A stretch of DNA of 64,000 nucleotides from Terriglobia bacterium (lineage in GTDB: Bacteria > Acidobacteriota > Terriglobia > 2-12-FULL-54-10), in the NCBI GenBank assembly GCA_963666975.2, contig CAXVYR010000003.1, positions 288,001 through 352,000 on the forward strand. Direction: 5' to 3'. Shown here in pieces: positions 20,090-28,898 of this stretch. The translations under genes were made by a program, and so were the position numbers. Position 1 is the stretch's first letter; every line of letters begins with the position of its first letter. The notes under the pieces are model-generated. The model was given only the letters and a program-made list of their open reading frames with translations, did not search any database and had not been told where the DNA came from.

Positions 20090-20343
20090 CCGCCCGAGTG
20101 ACGGCGTACTCGGAATGTATGGTCCGCTGATCCGGCCCGAAACTCGACCAAAAGTTCGCCAAGCGCCCCAGAAGTCCGGTTATGGGAAGTTAGGGGCGAA
20201 CGGCACTCTCTGGGATAGATCGCGAGTAACGGCGCAGTAGCGACCTATCCTGCCCGCCGGATAGGTAAATACTACGCGACAAGGCAGGATCTATTTCCCA
20301 GAACGCCGTTTATGTCCAACTACACTACGGCGTCACTCGCAGG
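20090..20343. repeat. Tandem cluster of 11-6-11 Xer/dif-like sites
   Basis: Sites at 20090, 20163 (GCGCCCCAGAA-GTCCGG-TTATGGGAAGT), 20218, 20264 and 20293 (ATTTCCCAGAA-CGCCGT-TTATGTCCAAC). Confidence 0.65.
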
Positions 20344-20475
20344 TAAACGTGGCAAATGTGTCCGCTGAGGGCTATTCTGCTAGGGAGTCGTATCTGAACA
20401 GGGGGTGAATCATCTGGGAGGCCGTTACGGGAAGCTGCTGATGGGAAATTATCGGGGGCTCCGACTCTGATTATT

Positions 20476-20519
20476 GTGTATGCTGGCTGGTGGCCGGGAA
20501 AGCAAAATGGAAATCCTGG
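20476..20519 (+). mobile_element. Isolated IS1380-type right end
   Basis: GTGTATGCTGGC...CAAAATGGAAATCCTGG matches 15719-15762. Confidence 0.7.
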
Positions 20520-20600
20520 CTAATACGAAAAGGAATTATCAAGCGAGAGACGTTTTACTGAACCGGAGTTTTGACTTTTGAAACCGGAGGGCCCGACTGA

Positions 20601-22439
20601 ATGAACCTGGCAAAATTATTATTGATGCGCAGAAAATTCCTAGTTTTCTCCTTTTTGCTGTTTTTCATCTCCCCAAGTGCTTGGGGACAGTCCAATGTAG
20701 CGGCCCTGCTGGGCTACCCGGACCTCATCGTTCACAATGCCAAGATTGTGACCATGGACGATGCCACGTTCGAGTCGAGGGTAGGCACCATCGGGCAAGC
20801 GATGGCGCTGCGCGGGGACAAGGTATTGGCCGTCGGATCCAACTCGGAGATTCGCGCGCTGGCCGGGCCGCAAACCCGGCAGATGGACCTAAAAGGCCGC
20901 ACCGTGCTGCCGAGCTTCATCATGACTCACGAGCACCCCACCGACTGGGCCTTCGCCGAGCCTGAGGCTCTGAAGCACGCCCTGCCTGCGGATAGTGATG
21001 TCATGGTCATGCGGTGGCTGGAAGGGACCGCACAGCAACAACTGGATCAATGGGAGACCGTGCTGAGAGAAGCCGTCGCCGCAGCCAGCCCGGGCCAGTG
21101 GATCTGGCTGAGTTTTTTCTGGGGAACAAATTATGAGCATGCAGATGAACTTTGGCAACAATTTCCCCGTGTGGTCACCCAGGAGCGCCTCGACCAGCTT
21201 GCGCCGAACAATCCTGTCAGGGTTAAGAATAGCTGGCCGCTAATGTCGGCGAACAACACCAAGGCTGTGGAAGAGTTGAAGAAAGTCCATCCGGAAGCTA
21301 GTGCGGGAGCGAACCGCCTGTACGAGCCTAATGTGATCTTCCAGGGCTGGACCGAGGTCTTGGCGGATGTGCTTAAGGCCGAAATGGAGCTGTGGGTGGC
21401 TCAAGGCATCACGACATTTGGCTCCTCTCCTTATGCCTATAACAACTTCCAGGCATTGGCGTATCTGGATCGAAGAGGAGAGATGCCTGCTCGTTTCGCC
21501 TGGGGCTACACCGGCCCCGATTTTCACATCGAGACATTGCGTTACGTTGCGGGATTGGTGGGAAGTGGCAGCCCGTATCTTTGGAACGTGGGTGCCTGGG
21601 ATGCGTCCGGGGGTAGCTGTACGACGCTCAACGCTCGCACGCCCGAAATCAAGGCCCGCGAGAGCTGCAACTTTGCTCCAGGGAGCCCGGGTAGAAAGGT
21701 TCTCGATGATATCATCCGGACCGACGGCCGGGTGGCCACCATGCACACCCAGGGAGACAAGGATATCGACTATTTCATGGACGCTATTGAGCAAGTCAGC
21801 AGAGAGGCAGGCATCTCCTTGGAAGAGATTCGGGCCAAGCGCCACGCCTTTGATCACGCTTCTGGCGCCCCCCGACCGGACCAGATTCCACGCGTTAAGA
21901 ATTTGGGGATGATGGTCAGCATGATCAACACCATGTTGTGGGAAACCCACCGCACTTACGATACTTCCAGCCGTGTGCGCGATTATGGAATCGAGTATGC
22001 CAACCTGTCGGTGCCCCGAAAGAGCGTGACAGACGCGGGAATCATGAACACCTTTGAGATCGATCGTCCGCTGCCGCACCTGGTGTTCACCATGATTCAC
22101 AAAGGCATCACCCGATACAGCGATCAAGACGGCGCAGTCTACGGGCCCCGGGAAAGGACCGACCGGATCATCCAGTTGAAGGCGTTAACGGTGTGGGGAG
22201 GCTATTACGTGCTGCGGGAAAATCTATTGGGAACGCTGGAGCGCGGCAAGTACGCCGATTTCATTGTGCTGGACCGGGACTATCTGACCATTCCGGAAGA
22301 CGATATTCCCAATACCAAAGTCTTGATGACAGTGGTCGGTGGCAAGACGATGCACTTGATGCCTTCTCTGGCGGCGGAGAACGGGATGCAACCGGCGGGC
22401 CCGGTCACGTGGAGCACAAAACCCCTGGAGAATTACTAA
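20601..22439 (+). CDS. Exported Amidohydro_3 paralogue 3
   Basis: Signal peptide, THEHPTDW, MHTQGDKDID, KRHAFDH, EIDRP, GTLERGKYAD. Confidence 0.92.
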   Translation: MNLAKLLLMRRKFLVFSFLLFFISPSAWGQSNVAALLGYPDLIVHNAKIVTMDDATFESRVGTIGQAMALRGDKVLAVGSNSEIRALAGPQTRQMDLKGRTVLPSFIMTHEHPTDWAFAEPEALKHALPADSDVMVMRWLEGTAQQQLDQWETVLREAVAAASPGQWIWLSFFWGTNYEHADELWQQFPRVVTQERLDQLAPNNPVRVKNSWPLMSANNTKAVEELKKVHPEASAGANRLYEPNVIFQGWTEVLADVLKAEMELWVAQGITTFGSSPYAYNNFQALAYLDRRGEMPARFAWGYTGPDFHIETLRYVAGLVGSGSPYLWNVGAWDASGGSCTTLNARTPEIKARESCNFAPGSPGRKVLDDIIRTDGRVATMHTQGDKDIDYFMDAIEQVSREAGISLEEIRAKRHAFDHASGAPRPDQIPRVKNLGMMVSMINTMLWETHRTYDTSSRVRDYGIEYANLSVPRKSVTDAGIMNTFEIDRPLPHLVFTMIHKGITRYSDQDGAVYGPRERTDRIIQLKALTVWGGYYVLRENLLGTLERGKYADFIVLDRDYLTIPEDDIPNTKVLMTVVGGKTMHLMPSLAAENGMQPAGPVTWSTKPLENY

Positions 22440-22507
22440 TTTCCTGGGCCGCTCATTGTGCGTTAAAACTGGACCTTCTTTATCTTCATCCAACCGCATT
22501 TTTGATT

Positions 22508-22544
22508 CCGGTGGCTGGCCGCTTTCTGAGAGGCCAGCCACCGG
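22508..22544. terminator. GC-rich hairpin between convergent genes
   Basis: CCGGTGGCTGGCC-N11-GGCCAGCCACCGG. Confidence 0.6.
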
Positions 22545-22921
22545 GACTCACAAGCGGAGACCTTTGTCTTCCTGATGGGAAGGTCTAGCTCGCTACAGCG
22601 GTTTCTTTCTTATCCACCTTCTCCACCCGAACCGAAACCGGCACCGACTTGGAAACGACGTTGAACACAGGAGAATAATTGGTCGGTTCGGCCATTTCTT
22701 CCGCTGTAATGGCCATTCTGGTAAAATACTTTAAAGCCCTATATAGGAGATTTTCTCTCAATTCAGGTGATTGGATAGGGGCGAAGGCTCCGACGCATCC
22801 CGCGTAGACTTTGGTTGGTTTGGAGAGAAGTAAACTGTTGGCGGGAAGCAAAGCTTCGAGGCTGGGATCTATGAGACTATCGCTGGTTGGTAGCTACTCG
22901 AAATCAAGTCTTCGGGCGTTC

Positions 22922-23431
22922 TCAATTCAGCGTGACGTAGCGCTCTAACCTGGCGACTTCGTTCTCGTTCACATACTTGCCAATCTCGCGCCGGAATTGA
23001 TCGATATTCCGGTACGGGCGGTACTCCTTAAACTCGCGCAGCATCCGGGCACCCACACCGGGGATACTCAGGATGTCTTCGTCGCTCGCAGTATTGAGGT
23101 TGATCGGCACGAAGATGTACTGCTCAAGGCGAGCCACTTCCGCCTCGTCCACGTACTTGCCGATCTCCCTGCGGAACTGCGCGAGCGTTTTGTACGGCCT
23201 GTACTCGAGAAACTCGCGCAGCATCCGGTTCCCCTCGCCAGGGATCATCAGGATCTCCTCCTGCATCGCAGTGTTGAGGTTGATATGGACGAACATCCTT
23301 GCGTACAGCTCAGACAGTTGTTCCTTGTTGAGCGACTGAATGAGGAACGAATGCAGTTCCGTCATGCTCAGGAAGGGGCGTCGCTCTATGATTCCCTTCA
23401 CGATCGCCGTATCGAGGTGCGGAAGCGCCAT
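22922..23431 (-). CDS. Helix-hairpin-helix (ComEA-like) repeat protein, possibly 5'-truncated
   Basis: Two repeats of INLNTA..EIL.IPG.G.RMLREF.EYRPY. Confidence 0.8.
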   Translation of the reverse strand: MALPHLDTAIVKGIIERRPFLSMTELHSFLIQSLNKEQLSELYARMFVHINLNTAMQEEILMIPGEGNRMLREFLEYRPYKTLAQFRREIGKYVDEAEVARLEQYIFVPINLNTASDEDILSIPGVGARMLREFKEYRPYRNIDQFRREIGKYVNENEVARLERYVTLN

Positions 23432-23572
23432 TCCTTATTATTTCGAGTAGCCACCACTTGCTCTGACAAACGCACCCGTGAGGTTCCTGCCCCTTCCTGG
23501 AAGCGGTTCCCGATTGGGGAACTCGACTTCAGTCCTGTCTTCGCCTCCTTCCCCAATCGGTTCTCTTCTGCT

Positions 23573-25462
23573 TTACTGTGACACGGAGTGCCAGCCTGAG
23601 TGCCAGCCCGGTGGAATCTGCTCCCTCCACGTCGTCGGCCCCACCGGCTGCATCCCAACCTCCCGGGCCAACGCGTCCCCCAAGTGCACCGTCTTGCCGC
23701 CGACTACCGTCATCAGTACTTGAATGTTTGGAATGTCATCATCCGGAATCGCCAGAAAGTCCCGATCCAGCACCATGAAGTCCGCAAACTTGCCCGGCTC
23801 CAGCGTTCCCAATAGGTTCTCCCGCATCAAATAGTAGGCACCCCACCGGGTGTGCGCCTTCAACTGGATGATCCGATCCGTCCTCTCCCGCGGTCCATAG
23901 ACTTGTCCATCATCTTTGTTGACTCGAGTCATTCCTTTGTGAATGAACAGGAACACTTTCTCCTGTAATCCCCGATCAATCTCGGCGCCGGTCATCACGC
24001 CCGCATCCGCCATGCTCCTCCGCGGGACAACCCAATTGGCGTATTCAATCCCATACCTCTCGGCTTTCAGCTTTGCCGTGTCACTCCACAAATAGGTGTT
24101 GTTCTGGCTGGCCATCATTCCCAAATTTTTCATCCGGAGAATTTGATCTGGGCGCGGGGCGCCGCCACCGTGGTCAAAGGTATGGCGTTTTGCGCGGATT
24201 TCCTCGAGAGTTAGGCCCGCCCTCTGGCTGGCTTGCTCGATCATATCCATGTAATAGTCGATATCCTTGTCCCCTCCAGTATGCATCGTTGCCACTCGAT
24301 TGCCAGTTGCTATGATCCGTTCCAGAATCTCCCTGCCTTGTGCACCTGGTGCGAAATTGCAGCCTTGCGCCGCCCTCGCGTCTTCCTGACCGGCCCGTAA
24401 GGGAATGCTCATACATTCGGAGCCGATTTCCGCCCAGGCACCCGTAAGCCATAGATGGTCAGTGCCATGTCCCGTCATAGCCGCTATTTGGCGCAGGGTA
24501 TCCATGCTAAAGTCAGGACCGAGATAGCCCCAAGCGAAGCGGGCTGGCATTTCTCCCTTCTTGTCTAAGTAGTCCAGAGCTACGAGGTTGTTATACGCAT
24601 AGGGAGCAGAAGCAAAGGTAGTAATCCCATAGCGCGCCCACACCTCCATTTCGGCTTTGAGAATCTCGGCGAGCACCGGAACCTTGCCCTGGAGCATAAC
24701 ATCCGGTTCTATCGCCCGGCTGAAGCCACTCCCTGTCTTAAAAAACTCTTCGGGGGCCATGATGAACACCGGAGTGGGGGAAAAAATCGAGATGTCCGGA
24801 TGAACCTTGAGCGTCTCGTCAATGGCGCTCTGGTTGGCTACGCCGCCAACAAATCCATTTTTTATCTTCACCGGGTTGTTCGGCGCTAATGTATCGAGCC
24901 ACTCCTTTTTGATGCTGGTGCGAAATAGCTCGGACACTTCATCTATCCATTCATAATTTGGTCCCCGGGAGAAGCCAATTAGAATCCATTGCCCTGGTCT
25001 TGCCTTCGCCACCGCCTCTTTCAGGGTCGGCTCAAATTGTATCAACTGATCCCTCGCGGGACCGCCCCGCAGCCAGCGGTGGACAATGACATCATCATTG
25101 GGCAACGCATGAGTCATGGCTCGTGGTGTCGAAAAGGCCCAATCGGTAGGGTGCTCATGCGTCATCAGGAACCCCGGGAGCACCGTCCTGCCCTTCAGGT
25201 CAATCACCCTGGTCTGGGGCCCCGCCAGCGGCCGAATCTCGGCGTCGCTTCCCGTCGCCAGAATCTTCCCGTCCCGAATCGCCATTGCCTGAACAATGGT
25301 TCCTACCCGAGACTCAAACGAGGCATCATCCACCGTAACAATCTTGCCGTTGTAAATAATCATCGGCGGATAGCCCAGCTTGGCCATGATATCTGCTTGC
25401 TGAGCCCATCCACCAACACACCAAAACATCATTAGCACCGCCGACCAACATCTCTTCTTCAT
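23573..25462 (-). CDS. Exported Amidohydro_3 paralogue 4
   Basis: Signal peptide, THEHPTDW, MHTGGDKDID, KRHTFDH, GTLEPGKFAD, GAGGAGG RBS. Confidence 0.92.
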   Translation of the reverse strand: MKKRCWSAVLMMFWCVGGWAQQADIMAKLGYPPMIIYNGKIVTVDDASFESRVGTIVQAMAIRDGKILATGSDAEIRPLAGPQTRVIDLKGRTVLPGFLMTHEHPTDWAFSTPRAMTHALPNDDVIVHRWLRGGPARDQLIQFEPTLKEAVAKARPGQWILIGFSRGPNYEWIDEVSELFRTSIKKEWLDTLAPNNPVKIKNGFVGGVANQSAIDETLKVHPDISIFSPTPVFIMAPEEFFKTGSGFSRAIEPDVMLQGKVPVLAEILKAEMEVWARYGITTFASAPYAYNNLVALDYLDKKGEMPARFAWGYLGPDFSMDTLRQIAAMTGHGTDHLWLTGAWAEIGSECMSIPLRAGQEDARAAQGCNFAPGAQGREILERIIATGNRVATMHTGGDKDIDYYMDMIEQASQRAGLTLEEIRAKRHTFDHGGGAPRPDQILRMKNLGMMASQNNTYLWSDTAKLKAERYGIEYANWVVPRRSMADAGVMTGAEIDRGLQEKVFLFIHKGMTRVNKDDGQVYGPRERTDRIIQLKAHTRWGAYYLMRENLLGTLEPGKFADFMVLDRDFLAIPDDDIPNIQVLMTVVGGKTVHLGDALAREVGMQPVGPTTWREQIPPGWHSGWHSVSQ

Positions 25463-25577
25463 TATTCCCTCCTCATACTTATCCCAAATTCGATTACCTC
25501 TGGCTGCTTACCTCGAAGTACCCGGCGTGTGGCACAAGATTGGAGCCAGGAACGAACCAGCCGGCTGGAGCTCTTAG

Positions 25578-25642
25578 CCGGAATTTCCATTTTGAGCTTC
25601 ATCTTCACCCGAAAACCTATGCCGCCTACCCTGTCGTGTCAA
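25578..25642 (-). promoter_or_regulatory. IS1380-type end carrying an outward promoter TTGACA-17-TAGGTT
   Basis: -35 at 25642-25637, -10 at 25619-25614, then CAAAATGGAAATTCCGG. Points into paralogue 4. Confidence 0.6.
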
Positions 25643-25665
25643 GCGTGATCGTCATGGCATGGGGC

Positions 25666-25737
25666 CCCCATACCACCCGCACCTAGTGGGCTGAGGATCT
25701 CATACGAGCCAAGACGGGCACCTGGGGATATGGGCAA
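25666..25737 (-). pseudogene. 5' stub of a Hanks-type Ser/Thr kinase (24 codons)
   Basis: TTG start, (M)[23 protein letters not shown]. Nearly identical to the start of 35303. Confidence 0.8.
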
Positions 25738-25857
25738 GTTTTACCCCCCCCCGATGATTGAATTTAATGGGAAAAGATTACACGAGGGGAGAGGGGAAAG
25801 CAATTGCTGGAAGAGGGATAAGCTGAACGGCAGTACGGGGCGGACAAGTCCCGGATT

Positions 25858-25939
25858 ACTCCCCATAAGTCCGGTTATGGGAAGTGTGGGAGGACGGCAG
25901 TCGCCAGGATAGATCTTGAGTAACGGCGCAGGGAAGAGT
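25858..25939. repeat. Pair of Xer/dif-like sites upstream of the recombinase
   Basis: ACTCCCCATAA-GTCCGG-TTATGGGAAGT, a 26-bp linker, then GATCTTGAGTA-ACGGCG-CAGGGAAGAGT. Same layout as 20163-20245. Confidence 0.7.
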
Positions 25940-25983
25940 TTCGGCGGCATTCTTGGCGGCGACGGCAAAGGAGGCCGTCGCCA

Positions 25984-26934
25984 ATGCCAAAATCTAGGAA
26001 GAAGCGGAAATCGCCGAAGCGGGTCCTGGCGCTGCCTGATCTGGAACAATCAAAGTCAGCGGTCCTAAACAGCCTAACGTCAAAGAGTGGTCAACGAACA
26101 TACAACCATGCCATCGACGAGTTTGTCGGGTGGTATTGCTCAGAACCACGCCTGGCTTTCAATCGCACCGTCGTCCTGCGTTATCGAATCCATCTCGAAC
26201 AGAAACAGTACGCTCCGTCAACAGTCAACCTGCGCCTCGCTGCAATCCGGCGTGTTGCGTATGAGGCTGCCGATTCGGGCCTACTCAGCCCGGAGTTGGC
26301 CGCAGGCATCCGCCGGGTCAAAGGAGTTAGGCGGCTCGGTATCCGTGTCGGAAACTGGCTTACTGCTGAACAGGGCAAGCGCCTGTTACAGGGATCATCC
26401 CATGATCACCAGCGTGGCAAGAGGAATTACGCCATGCTAGCGATGCTCATCGGGTGCGGTCTCCGACGCGGCGAACTGTTGGCCTTGAATCTGGACTCGA
26501 TTCAGCAACGGGAGGAACACTGGGTCATTGCGGACTTGATCGGAAAAGGAGGCCACATTCGCACGGTGCCAATCCCAACCTGGGTCAAAGTGGCAATCGA
26601 TGCCTGGACGGAGTCCAGCGGAATCCGGGATGGGCGTGTATTCCGGTCCATCAATAAGGCTAGCAAAATCTGGGGTAACGGCATGACCGAGAAAGTACTC
26701 TGGGAGATTGTTCGAGAAGCGGCAAGTCGGGCAGGGATAGAAAAGCTCGCTCCGCATGACCTGAGACGCACGTGTGCCCGGTTCTGCCATCTGGCGGGTG
26801 GTGAACTGGATCAGATTCAATTCCTTCTCGGGCACGTTTCAATACAGACCACGGAAAGATACTTGGGTTGCAAACAGAGGCTTCATTGCGCTGTCAACGA
26901 CAAGATGGGGATTGAACCAGAGGGTTTCTGTTGA
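25984..26934 (+). CDS. Tyrosine recombinase, XerC/D-sized, intact
   Basis: GLRRGE, GKGG, PHDLRRT, LGH, TERY. Has a core-binding domain but no arm-binding domain. Confidence 0.92.
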   Translation: MPKSRKKRKSPKRVLALPDLEQSKSAVLNSLTSKSGQRTYNHAIDEFVGWYCSEPRLAFNRTVVLRYRIHLEQKQYAPSTVNLRLAAIRRVAYEAADSGLLSPELAAGIRRVKGVRRLGIRVGNWLTAEQGKRLLQGSSHDHQRGKRNYAMLAMLIGCGLRRGELLALNLDSIQQREEHWVIADLIGKGGHIRTVPIPTWVKVAIDAWTESSGIRDGRVFRSINKASKIWGNGMTEKVLWEIVREAASRAGIEKLAPHDLRRTCARFCHLAGGELDQIQFLLGHVSIQTTERYLGCKQRLHCAVNDKMGIEPEGFC

Positions 26935-27135
26935 TCGCGATAGGCTACCGGCCAAACGGGGCGGAATAGCCCGCCCCTAGGCGACTCTTCGTTTCCTGTC
27001 GCCGAAACGCTTGCCTCTTGTGCTAATGCAGTCCCTCGAATGGGATTGTGACGAAATCAAGCCTTGATCCAGTAAAGGAACCAATTGAGCGTGTATAATT
27101 GGAAACCGATTCAGGACTCTAAGGAGGCACCAGGC

Positions 27136-28023
27136 ATGAAGACTGTGACGCACTTGTGGAGGAGCCGCATCACGGTGGGTATGTTAGCTCTCAGCGTTGG
27201 GTTGATATCAAGTTGCTCCGGGCCAGCCGAGCCCAACCCAGGCACCGTAGCAACCCCGCCCGAAGCGGGACATATCGCCTATGCGCCGACAGCAGAGGAT
27301 GAGCTGCCGCCAGCGATTCTCGGGCAAGCGCCGGCACCACAAGGAACAAACCTCCAGTACTTGGAGGACGACCCTTCGACGAATGGCTATCTCGCGCTGC
27401 CCGCTGGCGAAGGTTCGCATCCCGCCCTAATTCTGGTGCACGAGTGGGACGGGCTCAACGATCGCGTCCGGCAGGTCGCTGACGCGTTCGCAGCCGAAGG
27501 TTACGTGGCGCTGGCGGCAGACCTCTATCAAGGCCGGACGGGTAGCAACCCGGAGGAGAACATGGCCCTCGTCAATGAAACGATGGCCCAGCCGCAGAGG
27601 GTTATCCAAAACCTGAATGCGGCTGCGGCGACGCTTCGCAATCACCCCGCTGTGAGCGGCCGGATTGCTGTCATGGGGTGGTGCTTCGGAGGTGGCGTAG
27701 CCTTGAGCTACGGTCTCGACGGCGAGGAGCACGACGGAACCGCGATGTTTTACGGTCGGCTCGTGCAGGATCCTGAACAACTCGCGAAGCTGAACCACCC
27801 GATTTACGGCACTTTCGCGTCGGAAGACACAGGCATTCCGCCCGCCGACGTCGAAAGGTTCGTCGAAGCGCTGCGGACGGCAGGCATCGAGAACGATGTG
27901 CACATCTATGACGACGTCAACCATGGCTTCTGGCTGTGGGTTGATCAGGTCCCGGCGCGGACGGAGGCGGCGCTGGGCGCGTGGCAGCGACTGAAAGCGT
28001 ACCTGAATCGCGTGCTCGGATAG
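27136..28023 (+). CDS. Dienelactone hydrolase family, putative lipoprotein
   Basis: HEWDG, GWCFGG nucleophile motif, D and HGF. Lipobox-like ISSC. AAGGAGG RBS. Confidence 0.9.
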   Translation: MKTVTHLWRSRITVGMLALSVGLISSCSGPAEPNPGTVATPPEAGHIAYAPTAEDELPPAILGQAPAPQGTNLQYLEDDPSTNGYLALPAGEGSHPALILVHEWDGLNDRVRQVADAFAAEGYVALAADLYQGRTGSNPEENMALVNETMAQPQRVIQNLNAAAATLRNHPAVSGRIAVMGWCFGGGVALSYGLDGEEHDGTAMFYGRLVQDPEQLAKLNHPIYGTFASEDTGIPPADVERFVEALRTAGIENDVHIYDDVNHGFWLWVDQVPARTEAALGAWQRLKAYLNRVLG

Positions 28024-28696
28024 TCGTCGGCTATTCCTCCAGCGGACTCTCGGTCCTCACGGCCTTGGTGCTCGCGATCTACTCCTGAGTAACGGCGTAG
28101 TGGCGACCTATCCTGCCCGCCGGATAGGTAAACACTTGGCGACTTATGGGGAGTAATCCGGGACTTGCCTCCTCGACCGAACTCGGCGTTGCCCTGGCCA
28201 TTTCTTCCACCAAAATCAGTTTCATGCCCCAGGCTGTGATGTACATTCGCACACTGGTGATACATCGGTCGAAGGGTCACCAAACAGTTGCAGGTTGGGA
28301 GACGGGTTGAGTCTTCTCCGGCGCGATCGCAAGGCCCGGAGACGGAGGCGGATACGCCGTTTGGGCGCATCGTCGAACTCGCCGTGGCCAGCAATTGAGT
28401 CGTTTTCCGCACACCGACTGAAAGCGTGGATGGCCTGGGAGTCCCCTGATCCGTAAATCGCGTGCTCGGATAGTCGTCGGCTATTCCTCCAGCGGACTCT
28501 CGGTCCTCACGGCCTTGGTGCTCGCGATCTACTCCTGAGTAACGGCGTAGTGGCGACCTATCCTGCCCGCCGGATAGGTAAACACTTGGCGACTTAGCTT
28601 GGGGAGTAATCCGGGACTTGCCTCCTCGACCGAACTCGGCGTTGCCCTGTAGCCATTTCTTCCACCAAAATCAGTTTCATAGCCCCAGGCTGTGAT
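28006..28696 (+). repeat. ~235-bp imperfect direct duplication (28006-28240 / 28456-28696) containing dif-like sites
   Basis: First ~140 bp identical. The second copy has small insertions. Confidence 0.85.
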
Positions 28697-28898
28697 TCAG
28701 ATCCACCACCGGCAACAGCATCTGTCCTTGAGTTGGTTTGGCAAAACTTCCCCTTGTGGTTTCACATTCGCACACTGGTGGTACAAGATATCGGTCTGGT
28801 CACCACAGACAGAGACTGAGTCAAAAAACTTCTTCTTGGTCGTCGCAAAGATCGTGGCTCACCCTGGATACACCGTCATCGCGCCCGAGTTTTGCGGC

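Noticed and set aside
22585-22851. 88-aa minus-strand ORF
   Set aside because: Possibly a gene remnant, but it has no identifiable motif and a weak start.
25984-26934. Integron integrase with attC cassettes
   Set aside because: No obvious IntI-specific insertion, and the nearby sites lack the RYYYAAC/GTTRRRY attC boxes.
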